64,000 nt of DNA, from assembly GCA_964270895.1 (NCBI GenBank), contig OZ185450.1. One strand, written 5' to 3'. A program made the translations under genes and the position numbers. This DNA comes from Podarcis filfolensis. Taxonomy: Eukaryota. Below the pieces are notes generated by a model. It did no database searches. It was not told the origin of the DNA and saw only the letters and a list, made by a program, of their open reading frames with translations. Every line of letters starts with the position of its first letter. The first letter of the stretch is position 1. Of this stretch, positions 24,217-36,558 are shown piece by piece.

Positions 24217-24875
24217 CTATAACAGGAACAAACCAAACAGCTCTCTATTGTGTTGAGCAAGCAAGAAAAGCAGGAACTGTGTAGCGACAGGGGTTTTAGG
24301 GGAAAACAGAAATGGTACATGTAAATGCAACCAAAGATTTATCTAAAGACCATGTGGCTGAAATTACCTTTTACTGGGAATTTTGCAGTTCATAATGTTA
24401 GCTACACTGTACCATAAAAAGGACTGCATTTGATCAAGGCTACAGAGGGCTTAGGAGAGAGAAGAAAGCAATTATACTGGTGTTTAACCCATAGCTCATC
24501 CATACTCCCGCTTGTCCTGTGCCCAGAAAACATGGGTCTGAGTGGTTTTGCCTTTGCCCCACTGCTATCCCTTGGACAACCCACTCTTTACCACTGAATC
24601 AGAGCAAACATTGATCTGGAGAAAACCCGACTGATGTTTACTCTACTTCAGTAGTAAACAGTGGGTTTTCCTGGAGCAAAAGTGGGGGGGGGCAAGCATA
24701 AGTGTGGATGAACCTCTTGTCAAAGACAACAAAATAAACACAACTCTTCTTTTAATTACTGTGAAGCACAGATAATCATTAGTGGTGGTAAGGGTTCAAT
24801 AACAACTAAGTAACTGTGGTTCTATCCCAGGTTTGCTCAGTGTCTACAGTTAATCATTTGCATTTTTAGCATGGT

Positions 24876-25270
24876 TAAAGAAGGCTGATCGCTGAAGAAT
24901 TGATGCTTTTGAATTATGGTGCTGGAGGAGACTCTTGAGTGTCCCATGGACTGCAAGAAGATCAAACCTATCCATTCTGAAGGAAATCAGTCCTGAGTGC
25001 TCACTGGAAGGACAGATTGTGAAGCTGAGGCCCAATACTTTGGCCACCTCATGAGAAGAGAAGATTCCCTGGAAAAGACCCTGATGTTGGGAAAGACTGA
25101 GGGCACAAGGAGAAGGGGACGACAGAGGATGAGATGGTTGGAGAGTGTTGCCGAAGCTACCAGCATGAGTTTGACCAAACTGCGGGAGGCAGTGGAAGAC
25201 AGGAGTGCCTGGCGTGCTCTGGTCCATGGGGTCACGAAGAGTCGGACACGACTAAACGACTAAACAACAA
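24876..25270 (+). mobile_element. RTE-BovB LINE, 5'-truncated 3' fragment
   Basis: gaagaattgatgcttttgaattatggtgctggaggagactcttgagtgtcccatggactgcaagaagatc...LEKTLMLGKTEGTRRRGRQRMRWL...ggggtcacgaagagtcggacacgactaaacgactaaacaacaac. Confidence 0.95.
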
Positions 25271-25433
25271 CGGGAAGATCATCACTGAATTTCAAGTTTG
25301 AGTTAACACTCCCAAATCATTCTTCTGAGAGCATGCAAGTTACCATACCAGGTAGGAAAGTGGGAACCACAAATAGGAGTGCTTTTCGTGACACGAGATC
25401 CTATTGTCTCAACTTTCATACATTTTGAGGTAC

Positions 25434-25485
25434 CTGAAGTAACGCCAAACAACACAGTTGCTACGCCACTTCTCATAATGCACAT
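25434..25485 (-). CDS. Candidate exon: (D)VHYEKWRSNCVVWRYF(R)
   Basis: Acceptor gctgaatttag|; donors CAG|gtacct (25433) or AAT|gtatga (25421, 64-nt form). Both are phase 1 to 2 and open. Confidence 0.3.
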
Positions 25486-28400
25486 CTAAATTCAGCACAT
25501 GACTAAATGTCAGAAACAAGGACTCATTAGGATCAAGGCTGGCAATGGACATACACTGTGAGAACAGAAGGCTGCTCTAGACAAGAGAGGCCATTTGGGG
25601 CATGCTCCTCTTTTGAGAAGACATGGTGATGGGTTACAGTTTTGTAGCCCAGCAAGGTAGGCATTTTTCTCCACCCTCCAATAAACAACTAGAGACGGAC
25701 ATGAAATCCAAAAGGAGGGGTAAAACTTCCAGGCCAAGGCGGCCCACTTATCCAGTGCTGAATTTGTTGACTCAGGTGGGAAATCCTGCTAGACATTAAA
25801 TGATCACGTTTCATGCAGTTGTGGAAAGTCATTTCATCTACAGGGCTGCTGGGGTTTGATTTATGACCATACAACCTCTTTGGTTTAGGAAAAAATGTAT
25901 GTGGAAAAGAGAAGCAGAGATTTCAAGGAGGCTGGTGGACTGATACCGCAGAGAATGTTTCCGTTAACACTTGGCAAGCAAAGCCCACAGAACACAGATG
26001 AAGAGAGATAAGCTATAAAAACACCATTTGGGCTTACTTGCTAGAATAGCAGCTTGTAATCCAATTCCAACTCTTGCTGCCAAGTGTTACACACAATATA
26101 TCTGCGTATCAAGTTCTCTCTCTCTGCCCCCCCCACACACTTTGTGGTGCAGATAACCAACAGACGAATAAGTAGCAACATCAAAAACAGCCTTTAGATG
26201 GATGGTGACAATCTTTTTAAATTTATGGACTAGAATATTTCTGTCACAGGGGCGGAGAGCACCTTAATGAAGTAACTACAGTATTAAAATTTTGTTGCTT
26301 TGGTTACTTCCAAAAACAAACACTTTCTGTAGCACCTGAAATGACTAGCATGGTGAAATGATAAATCATTTGTTTCTGTACATTTTGGGTCAATGCTCTG
26401 TTAAAAATTCATCTTCTTATGCACTGAATCTGCACGATCAGTAGCACTCCCAGAACCATCACCATTCCAATATGCTAAGTCCCAAGAATCTAAACATCTG
26501 AAATTGTTTCACTTCCTGCACATATGGAATTTAAACTTTTAAATGTCAAAAGGCATTTAAAGGGCAGAAAAAGTGACAGTGTTGCATAGAACCCACCATC
26601 TTGTTAACTTTGGACTGAAGTCACAAAATGGGATGGACATTTTTTTTTCCTATTCTGAGCAACCAGTTTGGCACATATTTTTAGAACTACTTTCTGTTGC
26701 TTACTTCTCTCCCCTGCTCTTTTCCACCCCACCCCCAAACTGCTTTGTAAGCTGCAAATATCACATTTGACTCATCTGGCTCATACCGACAATGATTCCC
26801 AAATGGATTGTTAGTCAAGTTTCACTGCTTTTAGGTTTATCCTTGGGGAGTTTTATTCAAAGCAAGTGTGACTACAGTAACCAGAAACTCTCTGTAATTT
26901 TCACTGGGAATGGGGGATAAAAACAACCCCTCCCCAACAGCTGTTCTGAACTCTCTTTGTTGAGACTTAGTATAAAATAAGAACTTTGGCCACAGTCTTT
27001 GCTACTGATTTAGAAACCAACATGTACCCAATTCCAGCAAGCTGAAACATTTCTTCTGGAGAACCCATCTCCTCTTCCTGTTCTGCTACCAGTAACTTTC
27101 CCTATGTCCTTTATTCAGTGCTTCTCCATCAAGCGTCCTCTGTCTTACCTGGGTTGTGAACCCTCTGGGCTGTGAACATGTCACCACAAGGGAGGTGGGT
27201 GGGAGAGCACAGGCATGACACACTGATAAAGCAGCAACACAATTCCTTTCATTGCCCCAGTGTGCAGTAAGCATGTGTTCATGTATTCCAGTCCACATTC
27301 TGAAAGTCTAAACCTGCCAATGTCCCAGCCTCTTATGCCTATCACAGACAAGGCTGGATTATCAAGGATGCTCAAGCACAGGACTCATTGTCCAATTATT
27401 GCCTTGATGCACATATGGAACTCCCCCACCTCAGAAATATGCTTATTGATGACACTGTAACTTTGAGCAAAAGCAGGTAAGGCACAGTCAGGCAATATTT
27501 GATCTCCTAAAATTGGAAATATCTTCTTTGAACTCTATCACCTTATTGGTCACCCTGAACTAGTTTCAGAACTACAGAAGTCTGATTTTGAATGCAAAGC
27601 CACCATTATGTTTGAAATTGCCACTGGAAAGTAACTTACCTACACAAAGGCTATGGGTCAACACAACTAAAATGAAACGATCCTGGATAGACTGTGTCCA
27701 CTCCATTGAACCTCTGTTGCACTGTATTTTTAACATATTTGCAGCAGAATTTATGTATTTAAATAACTACAGATAGGTTTGCCCATTTACAGAAAAAAAA
27801 TGATTTGAGCCCTAAGTTATCCACAGATCCTTGATGCTGAAGACAGTGAACCTTTGGTTTCACAGCAAAGCCCTGTGAATCATTCGTTGACCCAGCATGA
27901 AGTACATCCATTTGTTTTGGGATATTAATCTCATTTCCAAATTCTGACCAACTGACAGAGCACAAATTGTTCATAGAATGGTTTCTTAATTTCATTTTTG
28001 TATTGCTTATAGGCAAAGGAAGGAGTTAAAACTAGCTACAGGAACAGCCAAGCCTTATATCCTCATTTGGCTCCCCAAGGCAAGCACCAAAGCTTGTTCT
28101 GCGATTATAATGGGTGGATTTAAAGTTCTCTTTATCAAGGTACACATGATAATGGGAGACAAAGAATTTTTAAAAGCTTTTCTTCCACTGGTGCTCTGCT
28201 CAACATCAAATGCTGTTATGCAGGCACGGAACTCCAAGGGCATTTGGCAATTTAGCAAGACATTCCTACAGAACATCCACCTGAGGTAGAAGGTAGCCCC
28301 AATGAATAAACTAGGCTAGAAATCACAGGATTCTTTCCACTAGCTGCTGGGAACTCCTAGAACATACTAGATGAACATTGCCTTAAAACAGCACAGCAAG

Positions 28401-29039
28401 CAGCACTTAGCATTATTCTTCCTTCACTGCAAAATGCTTTTTCCCTACTTGAAAACAGAATGAAGTACTGGGTCACAGGTACCAGTCATTTTTATCTCCT
28501 TACAACTGACTGATCTGACCCAGAAGAACAAGGGCAAATTTAAGACAGACCGATTCAAGGAAGAAGAAGCAGTTGTGTAATGGGGTCCCTAAATTGCTCG
28601 GCAATTTTGTTAAGGTCCTTCGTCATCTGCTAAACTTATTTCCCTTTTCCCCCTAATGTATTTTCCTCATATCAACACAACTACCAGTATTCAAATGCAT
28701 CGGGGGGGTGTATCATGATGGCCATTTATGAGTTAGATAAGGCCTTCTAAGCAGGCCTCCAATCTGCTGCACAATCTGGCACTCCCATCAGACACAGAAA
28801 GCAAATCAATCTTGTGCAAAACATGGTTGTCTTTCCTTGCAAGAGCATTGAGAAGTTGGCGAGGAGCAAGAAGGAGGGCATTGTTCAAGACAACAAATTC
28901 AAATCATGTTTGGGTGGAAAGGACTAACTGACCAGCTTGTGTCATAAGTCTTAGACATACCTCATGCTAGCCTCTTGGTAAAGTGTGACATCAAATATAT
29001 GAACTACGCTAGAGATCTCTGTTCCTTTACATTAGGGAT

Positions 29040-29530
29040 CAGACAAATTCAAGGACGGTAAGATTATAAATGGCTACTAATCATTATGGCTACAGTGGTA
29101 CCTTGGGTTACAGACGCTTCAAGTTACACGTTTTCAGGTTACGGACGTGCCAAAACCTGGAAGTACCAGAACGGGTTATTTCTGGGTTTTGGCACTTGCG
29201 CATGCGCAGAAGCGCTAAATTGCACTTTGCGCATGCGCAGAAACACTGAATCACATCATGTGCGTGCGCAAACGCAGCACTGCGGGTTGTGAACGTGCCT
29301 CCCGCATGGATCACGTTCGCAACCTGAAGTTCCACTGTATATGCTTCCTTCAGTGTCAGAAACAGAATGCCTCTGAATGTCAGTTGCTGGGGAAAAACAT
29401 CACACAACTAATATGGCCCTCAAGATGAACTCATGGGCTTACCATAGGAAATTGGTTGGCCACTGCAAGGCCAGGATGCTATAACAAGAATAGCCTTTGG
29501 TATGAATCAGACATGCTTTTGTGTTCTTAG
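29040..29530 (+). mobile_element. CR1 3' UTR fragment interrupted by a MITE
   Basis: aatggctactaatcattatggcta | MITE | tgcttcc...tctgaatgtcagttgctgggg...ttggttggccactgc...gtgttctt. Confidence 0.55.
29093..29337. mobile_element. Tc1/mariner MITE, subfamily B (GCGCATGCGC-rich), copy B1
   Basis: TA-CAGTGGTACCTTGGG...GAAGTTCCACTG-TA. Confidence 0.85.
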
Positions 29531-29949
29531 AATCTCATGGCAATTAGAGCTGTCCTCATTTAGACAAAATGCCAGCCTCATCAAAATCAAAGTACCACAC
29601 ACATAACTTGAAGTGCAGATACTTCCTGTTTTGACCATATTCTCCTGTAGGTTCTCAAATGCCCTTCACTATTTTTTTTAAGACTGCAACAAACAGGAAC
29701 AAAATGAACACCTCCTTGTACCCTAAAAACACAATTGTTTTCCAAAGTTATATGGGTTTGAAAAAGGGGACTTGGAATGAAAGTGCCATCTCAACCATAA
29801 CTCTAATAAAAAAATCTAATGAATAAGCGCATTCCAGCAAGGATAAATAAAAAATTGCACAGGCTGATGTGGACAGTGAAGAATACAGAGAGGTATCCAA
29901 GTGAGTAAACATCAAATGAAGGATTATCCATATTTGTGAGGAACTCATT

Positions 29950-30017
29950 CCAGCAAGAAATTGAACCAGGAACCTCCTGCATCCAAAAGCAGCCAAGCTA
30001 TCTAGTGCACTGAGCTA
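29950..30017 (-). mobile_element. tRNA-derived SINE head remnant
   Basis: aaattgaaccaggaacctcctgcatccaaaagcag...tgcactgagcta is the reverse of an A/B-box head; degenerate, not a functional tRNA. Confidence 0.5.
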
Positions 30018-30964
30018 AGGCAAAGGCTTACCCTTCAACTGTGACTTGACAAAGTCTGGTGCCCTAGATAGGCTTCAAACAAGGCTCTCTTTTTGAGGCC
30101 TCCAATTCAAAATACACTGACCACAGCCAGCCACATCCCACTTCTAAGCAAAGAAACTAGGTACATTCAAAGCCAGCATGCTCAGCCAACCTCTAACACT
30201 CTGTCTACACTTTGAAGTCTTTTCATTAATTTTATGATGCGTTCACAGCTACCCTGGAACATGGACAGTGTTGTGTTGTGGGCTGTGCAAGTTTCATAAC
30301 CCATCAGCAACAGCAAGTTAAGAATTAGGAGGGTTGCTGCTAAAAATGTTTTCCAGAAACACGCACAGGCAAATCTATACCCGAAGGTGCATTTACATAT
30401 AATGCAAGGACTGTCAATTCCAGTCCACCCCCTCAGCTCCTGCAATTATAGGAAGGCTCTTAAGAGAAAAATGGCGCTTTTAAAGTGCTGATGGCTGACA
30501 GAACTCAGATGAACCTTTCAGGAAGCTGAAAGTACTATCTTCCTTCCCACAGATTGTGATAGTATTTATACCCTGCCAAGTTAGGAGAAGGAAACTACTA
30601 TTTATTGGTAATCTACCATCACCGATATAACATAACCTAAGTTATAAGCCTCATAATGTCCTCTAAAACTAAATTAAAAGTTAACTTTTTTAAAAAAAGT
30701 TTTATATGCACTAAGGCATATTTCATTTAGGTGATTCCAGAAAACTGTGGCAAACCCAGAAAGGCTCTAAGAATTTATGATGGAAAAGAATCCACAAGAC
30801 ATCTATCCCACTTCTCCCACTACCCCTTTCCTTAGAGCAGCATATCTTCCAATAAACATTGGTGGAAATGCGAGTCTCCCAAAGTTATATGTATCACTAG
30901 TGTCACTTAATAAATAGAATTGGTACGGAAACTAGGAATCAATAAAATAAAGAATGAAGCTTTT

Positions 30965-31125
30965 AGGGAACGGTTGTAGTTGAGTAGTAGAGTGTCTGTT
31001 TTGTATGCAGAATGTCCCGGGTTCGATCCCAACATCTCCAGGTACGGCTTGTAGACTCTTCTTCCCTGAAACCCTGGAGAACAGCTGCCTAGCAATGTTG
31101 GCAATATAGAGCTATATGGACCTGC
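30965..31125 (+). mobile_element. tRNA-derived SINE (Squam3-like)
   Basis: Head with B-box gggttcgatccc then atctccaggta...cctgaaaccctggagaacagctgcc...gagctatatggacc. Other remnants at about 52810-52920 (+) and 55040-55110 (-). Confidence 0.7.
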
Positions 31126-33789
31126 TTTCTGTTCCCTGTTTTCATATATTGAAATGTTGACGGGGGGTGGGGAGTAACTCAAATGCAAACCACAAAGTCT
31201 GCATTCCGGAATTTGGGAGGAACAAAAGAACTTATGAATCTAAGGTTTCGCAAGTCAAATATTAACTGTTTGAAAACTTATTATTCTGTTACAGGCATGC
31301 TAGAATGATCAAGTCTTGATTTGCTACCCCATGAGTATATAACAAATTAAATAGGGAATATTTAATATTCTGCTCATGGTACCTTTGTACTTGCAACACA
31401 CATGCAAGCACCCAGTGAAGCTTCTGCTGACATAATGCCATGTATGACGCAAGTTCCACATGACGCATGTTGGGACTCCGCACGCCATTCCTCTCATACC
31501 CTTGCTGGTTTTCATGAACCAAGGCTGGATCGAGACACATCAAAGAAGTGATTCAGTTAAAAGCGTTGCAGCTGCAAACTGCTCCTCCAAACACTTGCCC
31601 CACCTCCCTGAAAACTGTATCAGTTTAGAATACTGTTTTAAAGAAGGAACTCCCATGGCAAGTTTTTTCCTCCACTAACCTATCTCACAAACACTCAGTT
31701 TTGTAGAACTACGCAAATAGGAACAGATGTAGTGTTTCAACAATTAAGCTCTTTGAAAGTTGGGGTCTAGGAAGAAGCTTTTTCTTCACTTGACCTTCGC
31801 TGCCAAAGGTACCTCACAAAAATCATGATTCCATTAATCACTTATCAGGTAAACAAAGGGACTCTTGAGAGCATATGAGCAGCACACAGGCGTTTGTGAT
31901 GCAGAAGAGGGTGGATGTTTTCCCCAGAGGAAACAATGAGATCTATTCACTGTGAAGAATATGCTATGCCAATTAAATTTTTAGGTTGCATAATTATAAT
32001 TGCAATAATGAATGGCAAAGAGCATTATTGCTTCCACAATGCAATTTTTCTATTCAGTTCAATGCTTCAGTTCCTGTCTTCCTTCAACTAACCTATTGTG
32101 CATCTTTGTATCAGATCTTTCTGCAGATTACTTTCAAAGGGTAATAAGAAATATTACATTACCTGAGTTGGAGAATAAGTTGAGCATCCTTGAATTGTGC
32201 CTATATATAAAATCTGTTCAAGGCATTTTGAAGCAGAAGCACCATGTTGTAACTATATTCAATTAATCTGCAGCATTAATGAAATTTCAGAGTGGCTTGA
32301 ACATTTATGTCCCCTGCTAAAGCCAAAGAAACAGATAAAATTCCATGCTGGTCCTGTAACTCTCTTTTTCTACAAAAGCAATTCACCATTTCAGTTGGCA
32401 GGCAGGAAACTCTGGCCTTCGTTTCCTCCCCTGGCAGCCCAAAGGAGCTTTGACCAGCTGTTTCTTCACAACTGGTCAACCTGAAGAAATTAAATTGGAA
32501 GGGTAACAAAAAAGTTAATTCAAGATAGTTGCATGTGGAGCTACAGGAATCACCGAAAATCTGAAGGATTTCATTCTTTTGCCCATTTGCACATACGCTT
32601 CCTCTTATCCTCACACTTATGCTTCACTGGGTCCAATAAGTTTTTTAAAATAAATTACCTCCTGGCATGTTACCATGGCATTTCAGGCTCCCATGGCCCT
32701 CCACAGTTTGGCCAGGATATTTCTGAACAGTTTCCAGCCTCTATTAACCCCTCTATTGATTCCCCATGAATGAGAATTTAAAAGATCAGAATAAAAAAAT
32801 GCATTTCAGAGTTTATAGCAGCCACATCATCTACAGAGGGAAGACTGTCAATGAGGATAAGAAAGAAGGGACAATTTGACCACAACCCACCCACACTGGT
32901 GGGAGCATGGAGGTTGTTGCTCACTCAAAACTGAGAGGGGAGGAGGGAGGGAGGCTACCCATTTCAACTGGCGTAATCCAATGAGAATGCTGCTGCAGTA
33001 GTCTACTTGGTCATGCCTAACATGCCCCTCTTTCAAAGCTGTGCAAACTATTCCAAGTTACCAAACAAAACTTCCTGCAAATAGCCAAAAGAATTTGAAT
33101 CTCATAATTCAACACAAAGTATTACATAGATAATATGTGGACTGTGGTCATGAACCAGTTAATGAGTGCCTTTTCCCCTGCACCCCAAGAACATTGATAC
33201 TAGAAAATGCTACACTAAGGAATATTACATTTACATGAACAAGTTTGGAGGCCAGGGTGACTCAAATTTTGAGTAAAGGAGAGTGAGATGAGGCAGAAGA
33301 TTTGAATAAAACACATTGGGAAATGAGAATTCTAGCTGTTTGTGCCGTAGTCTGTTGCCTTAACTAGCTTCATACAGGCCACAACCATTTTAGGAGTGTC
33401 CGATACGTGCATGACTGCGCATCACACCAAACCTGGAAGTGACCCCAAAACATCACAAAAAGGGGCAGAATGGGCCAGGGGTGTTTGCAGACTTCTCAAT
33501 GGTGCTTCACACATACGTGATTTCATTTAAAAGTGTGGTGCCTTGGAACATAACCCCTGCGAAAACTGGGAGTTGCCTTTAGAAGAGCCATGAGGCAGAA
33601 ACAATCCTGAACCTCAACCCCTGATACCATCTGCTCTAGTCCTGGATTTATTTGTATGGGGGGGCTTCCGGGGAGGGTCTGCACTTTGCTGCTGCTGCTC
33701 CAGCAGCATTGGAGAGCCACCCCATTGGTCTGGACCTGCAGTTTGGACATCAGGCATGGAGACATCAGGATAGACAGACAAAAGGATAT

Positions 33790-33970
33790 TGTTGACATCT
33801 GTTTGCATCAGGAGACAATGGAAGAGTGCACACTGAAGGGTTACAGCACCTGCTGTAGCTGTAGAGACTGATATGAGAAAGACATGTTTTATTGCAGGTG
33901 GGGCAGATGAAGGTATCTGGTTTTCCTGCTACAGGTGCAACATGGTGTTTCTTCTCTTTGACCACACCAG
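33790..33970 (-). mobile_element. RTE-clade LINE 3' end
   Basis: Minus-strand FICPTCNKTCLSHISLYSYSRCC (C-terminal Zn-finger-like motif of RTE ORF) followed by ccattgtctcctgatgcaaacagatgtcaacaa tail. Confidence 0.7.
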
Positions 33971-34034
33971 AGTAGAGACCCAGTACCTAAAACCCACCTA
34001 GGTGGCGACCTCATGTTTCTGATAAAGCAGGTAC

Positions 34035-34135
34035 TCGCCCATGAATACTTATGCCCATGAAAGTCTGTGCCACAATAAATTTGCTCTATCTTTATGGTGC
34101 GACAAATTTTGTTTTTTGCTGCAAGAGGCAAATAC
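34035..34135 (+). mobile_element. Penelope terminal-repeat remnant
   Basis: gcccatgaaagtctgtgccacaataaatttgctctatctttatggtgcgacaa resembles the reptile Penelope end; a similar remnant lies at about 51560-51670. Confidence 0.5.
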
Positions 34136-34475
34136 AACTCCCCACTAGAGCTTGTCAGCATATGAAAATGTCCTCCTGACCTGAGAAAAACCTCTCAGTG
34201 TATGTTACTCTCTCACACACACTTCATAGCAGCCCTTTGCTTCATAACCAACCTTGAAGCAATCATAGTCTCTCCAGCTCAGTTTTCCACCTTCCAGCAA
34301 ACACAATGTGGTGAAGATTAACCTAAATGGCCTGGCATTCACAAATCACTTTTATTTAATATTTTCATGGGCTGCAAATACTCAAAAATTACAGGAGTCA
34401 TAAAACACAAGCCACCACTTAAACCACGCCCAAACCCAAACCCAGGCTCAGTTTAAGGTACATTAAAGATTTTAT

Positions 34476-34915
34476 TAAAGCTATGGTTCTCCCAGTAGTG
34501 ATGTATGGAAGTGAGAGCTGGACCATAAAGAAGGCTGATTGCCGAAGAATTGATGCTTTTGAATTATGGTGCTGGAGGAGACTCTTGAGAGTCCCATGGG
34601 CTGCAAGAAGATCAAACCTATCCATTCTGAAGGAAATCAGCCCTGGGTGCTCATTGGAAGGACAGATCGTGAAGCTGAGGCTCCAATACTTTGGCCACCT
34701 CACGAGAAGAGAAGACTCCCTGGAAAAGACCCTGATGTTGGGAAAGATTGAGGGCACAAGGAGTAGGGGACGACATGGTTGGACAGTGTTATCGAAGCCA
34801 CCAGCGTGAGTTTGACCAAACTGCAGGAGGCAGTGGAAGACAGAAATGCCTGGTGTGCTCTGGTCCATGGGGTCACGAAGAGTCGGAAACGACTAAATGA
34901 CTAAACAACAACAAC
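34476..34915 (+). mobile_element. RTE-BovB LINE, 5'-truncated, with TSD
   Basis: Same BovB 3' sequence as 24876-25270; 11-bp TSD aaagattttat at 34465-34475 and 34916-34926; (AAC)n tail. Confidence 0.95.
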
Positions 34916-36484
34916 AAAGATTTTATAGTGCTTTAGAATGGAGCCCATTAAATCAAATTGTACTAGCTGTTGCACCTTCATACCAAAGTTTTTCAAATTC
35001 AGCCTCTTGGCATCTAGCACACTAGACATTCTAAAGCCAGACTGCATGTGAATACTTACCTCCATGGTCACAAAAGTCTTGGATTTCATTTATTTAGGAA
35101 ATATAATGTAGCAAAATCAAACCCCATCGTTTTCGTCCATGTTGTCAAAACATTTAAAAGGAAAAAAAGACAGGATAGAAATTCATTAAACAGATGGATA
35201 AATAAATAAACACATCCTCTTCTCTACCTGCAGCACCCATGGAAAACTAGGTAGTGTTTGCTCTAAGAGCCTGGCATTTTTAAATTCCACAGCCAGATTC
35301 CTCTCTATATGCAAAGATATACTGCAAGTTACTGCAATATTTATAGCCTGCCTCCAAGTTCAAGGCAGCCTACAACATCATCCTACTTCTGATGTACTGT
35401 ACAAGGAAATGTAACCTGGGCGTGAAGCAAATGAAAAAACAAGGAGGTTGACCAATGCTGTGCAGGCCAAAGGCAGAGGTAGCCAACAGCTGGGGTGTTT
35501 GACGAACACTCCTCTTGTCAGCAGTCCAAGCAGGTTACGATGTAGCTAAAGGCAGCAACGATGCAAAGCGGAGACGTCAAATAAAATCAGCCTAATCCAG
35601 CAGAAGAATCCTATTGGATTTCCCTCTGCATTTTGAGGTCAGTGAGGCAAAGAAATGAAGAGTTGGGGGCTTCTCATCACCTAGCACATCGAAATGCTAT
35701 GGCAGTAGCAGACGATGTGATTCAGGGTCAAGGAGATATGGTGATCAAGGTCCGAGAGGCCAGTTGTCTTCAAAGCATGAACCGAGTTTAAGGTGTAAGG
35801 GAATACACACAAGAAGAGCCACTGGCACTGCTTCAGTGTTTCTGAATTGTTGAAAGACCTCCTCTGTATTCCTTCACCTACACAACACAAGCTAAGAGCA
35901 CCCCAAGGTCATTCTTGGGTGGCCAACACACCTACTCCTCATCCTCCGGCTTCCACATCTCCGCCAAGGGCATCAGAAATTTGCCAGAGCCTCCGCATGA
36001 AATGACCCAACCCTGGCCTCCAGCCCCATCACAATGGCTTGGCGCATCCAACAGGCACAGTTACTGTTTTCTCAGCAGTTTAAGAGAGAAAAGAGTGCTG
36101 ACCACAGCTCCAGGCAAGCTCTGGCTGCTCATTTTTCCTTCCTATTGAATCAATTAGCAATGTTAAATATTTAACACATTAGTCTTATTCCACTGCACAA
36201 AACATCTTCCAGCCAGGCTTGGGCAGTGTTAAGTGCAAGACAGGAAATGGACCAGAAGTGCAGCAAACATAGAGTGAACAGGGACAAAATGAGCACTTTG
36301 TTTAAGATGAATATATCAACAAACAGAAAGAAGAGCAAGTCACAGTTCGCTGGAAAAAAATGCCTGCTTAGTGTGTTCTCTCGCCACTCCTCCAAATCTT
36401 CTGAATCTTCAGAAAGGCTGTTCAATTAAAACGTAACAGACTTATACAATAGTGCACTTAAGGAACCCCACTGACACATTCCGT

Positions 36485-36508
36485 GTTTGTGTTTGTTTGT
36501 TTGTTTGT

Positions 36509-36557
<49 letters not shown>
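36485..36557. repeat. Compound (GTTT)n(GCTT)n microsatellite
   Basis: Read directly; explains the spurious KQAS/LACL ORFs. Confidence 0.95.

Positions 36558-36558
<1 letters not shown>

Noticed and set aside
24850-25263. ORFs of 125, 82 and 88 aa (and the equivalents at 34419-34868)
   Set aside because: BovB RT C-terminus and its antisense frames; not host genes.
28500-28590. Plus-strand peptide LTDLTQKNKGKFKTDRFKEEE resembling a Gypsy RT-RNaseH linker
   Set aside because: Too short, with no flanking retroviral motifs or LTRs.
29086-29407. ORFs over GCGCATGCGC-rich segments (also 41725-41999 and 54315-54782)
   Set aside because: Chance ORFs in GC-rich MITEs; no DDE/DDD transposase motifs.
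30965-31040. tRNA-like A/B boxes
   Set aside because: Degenerate head continuing into a SINE body; no intact cloverleaf, so not a tRNA gene.
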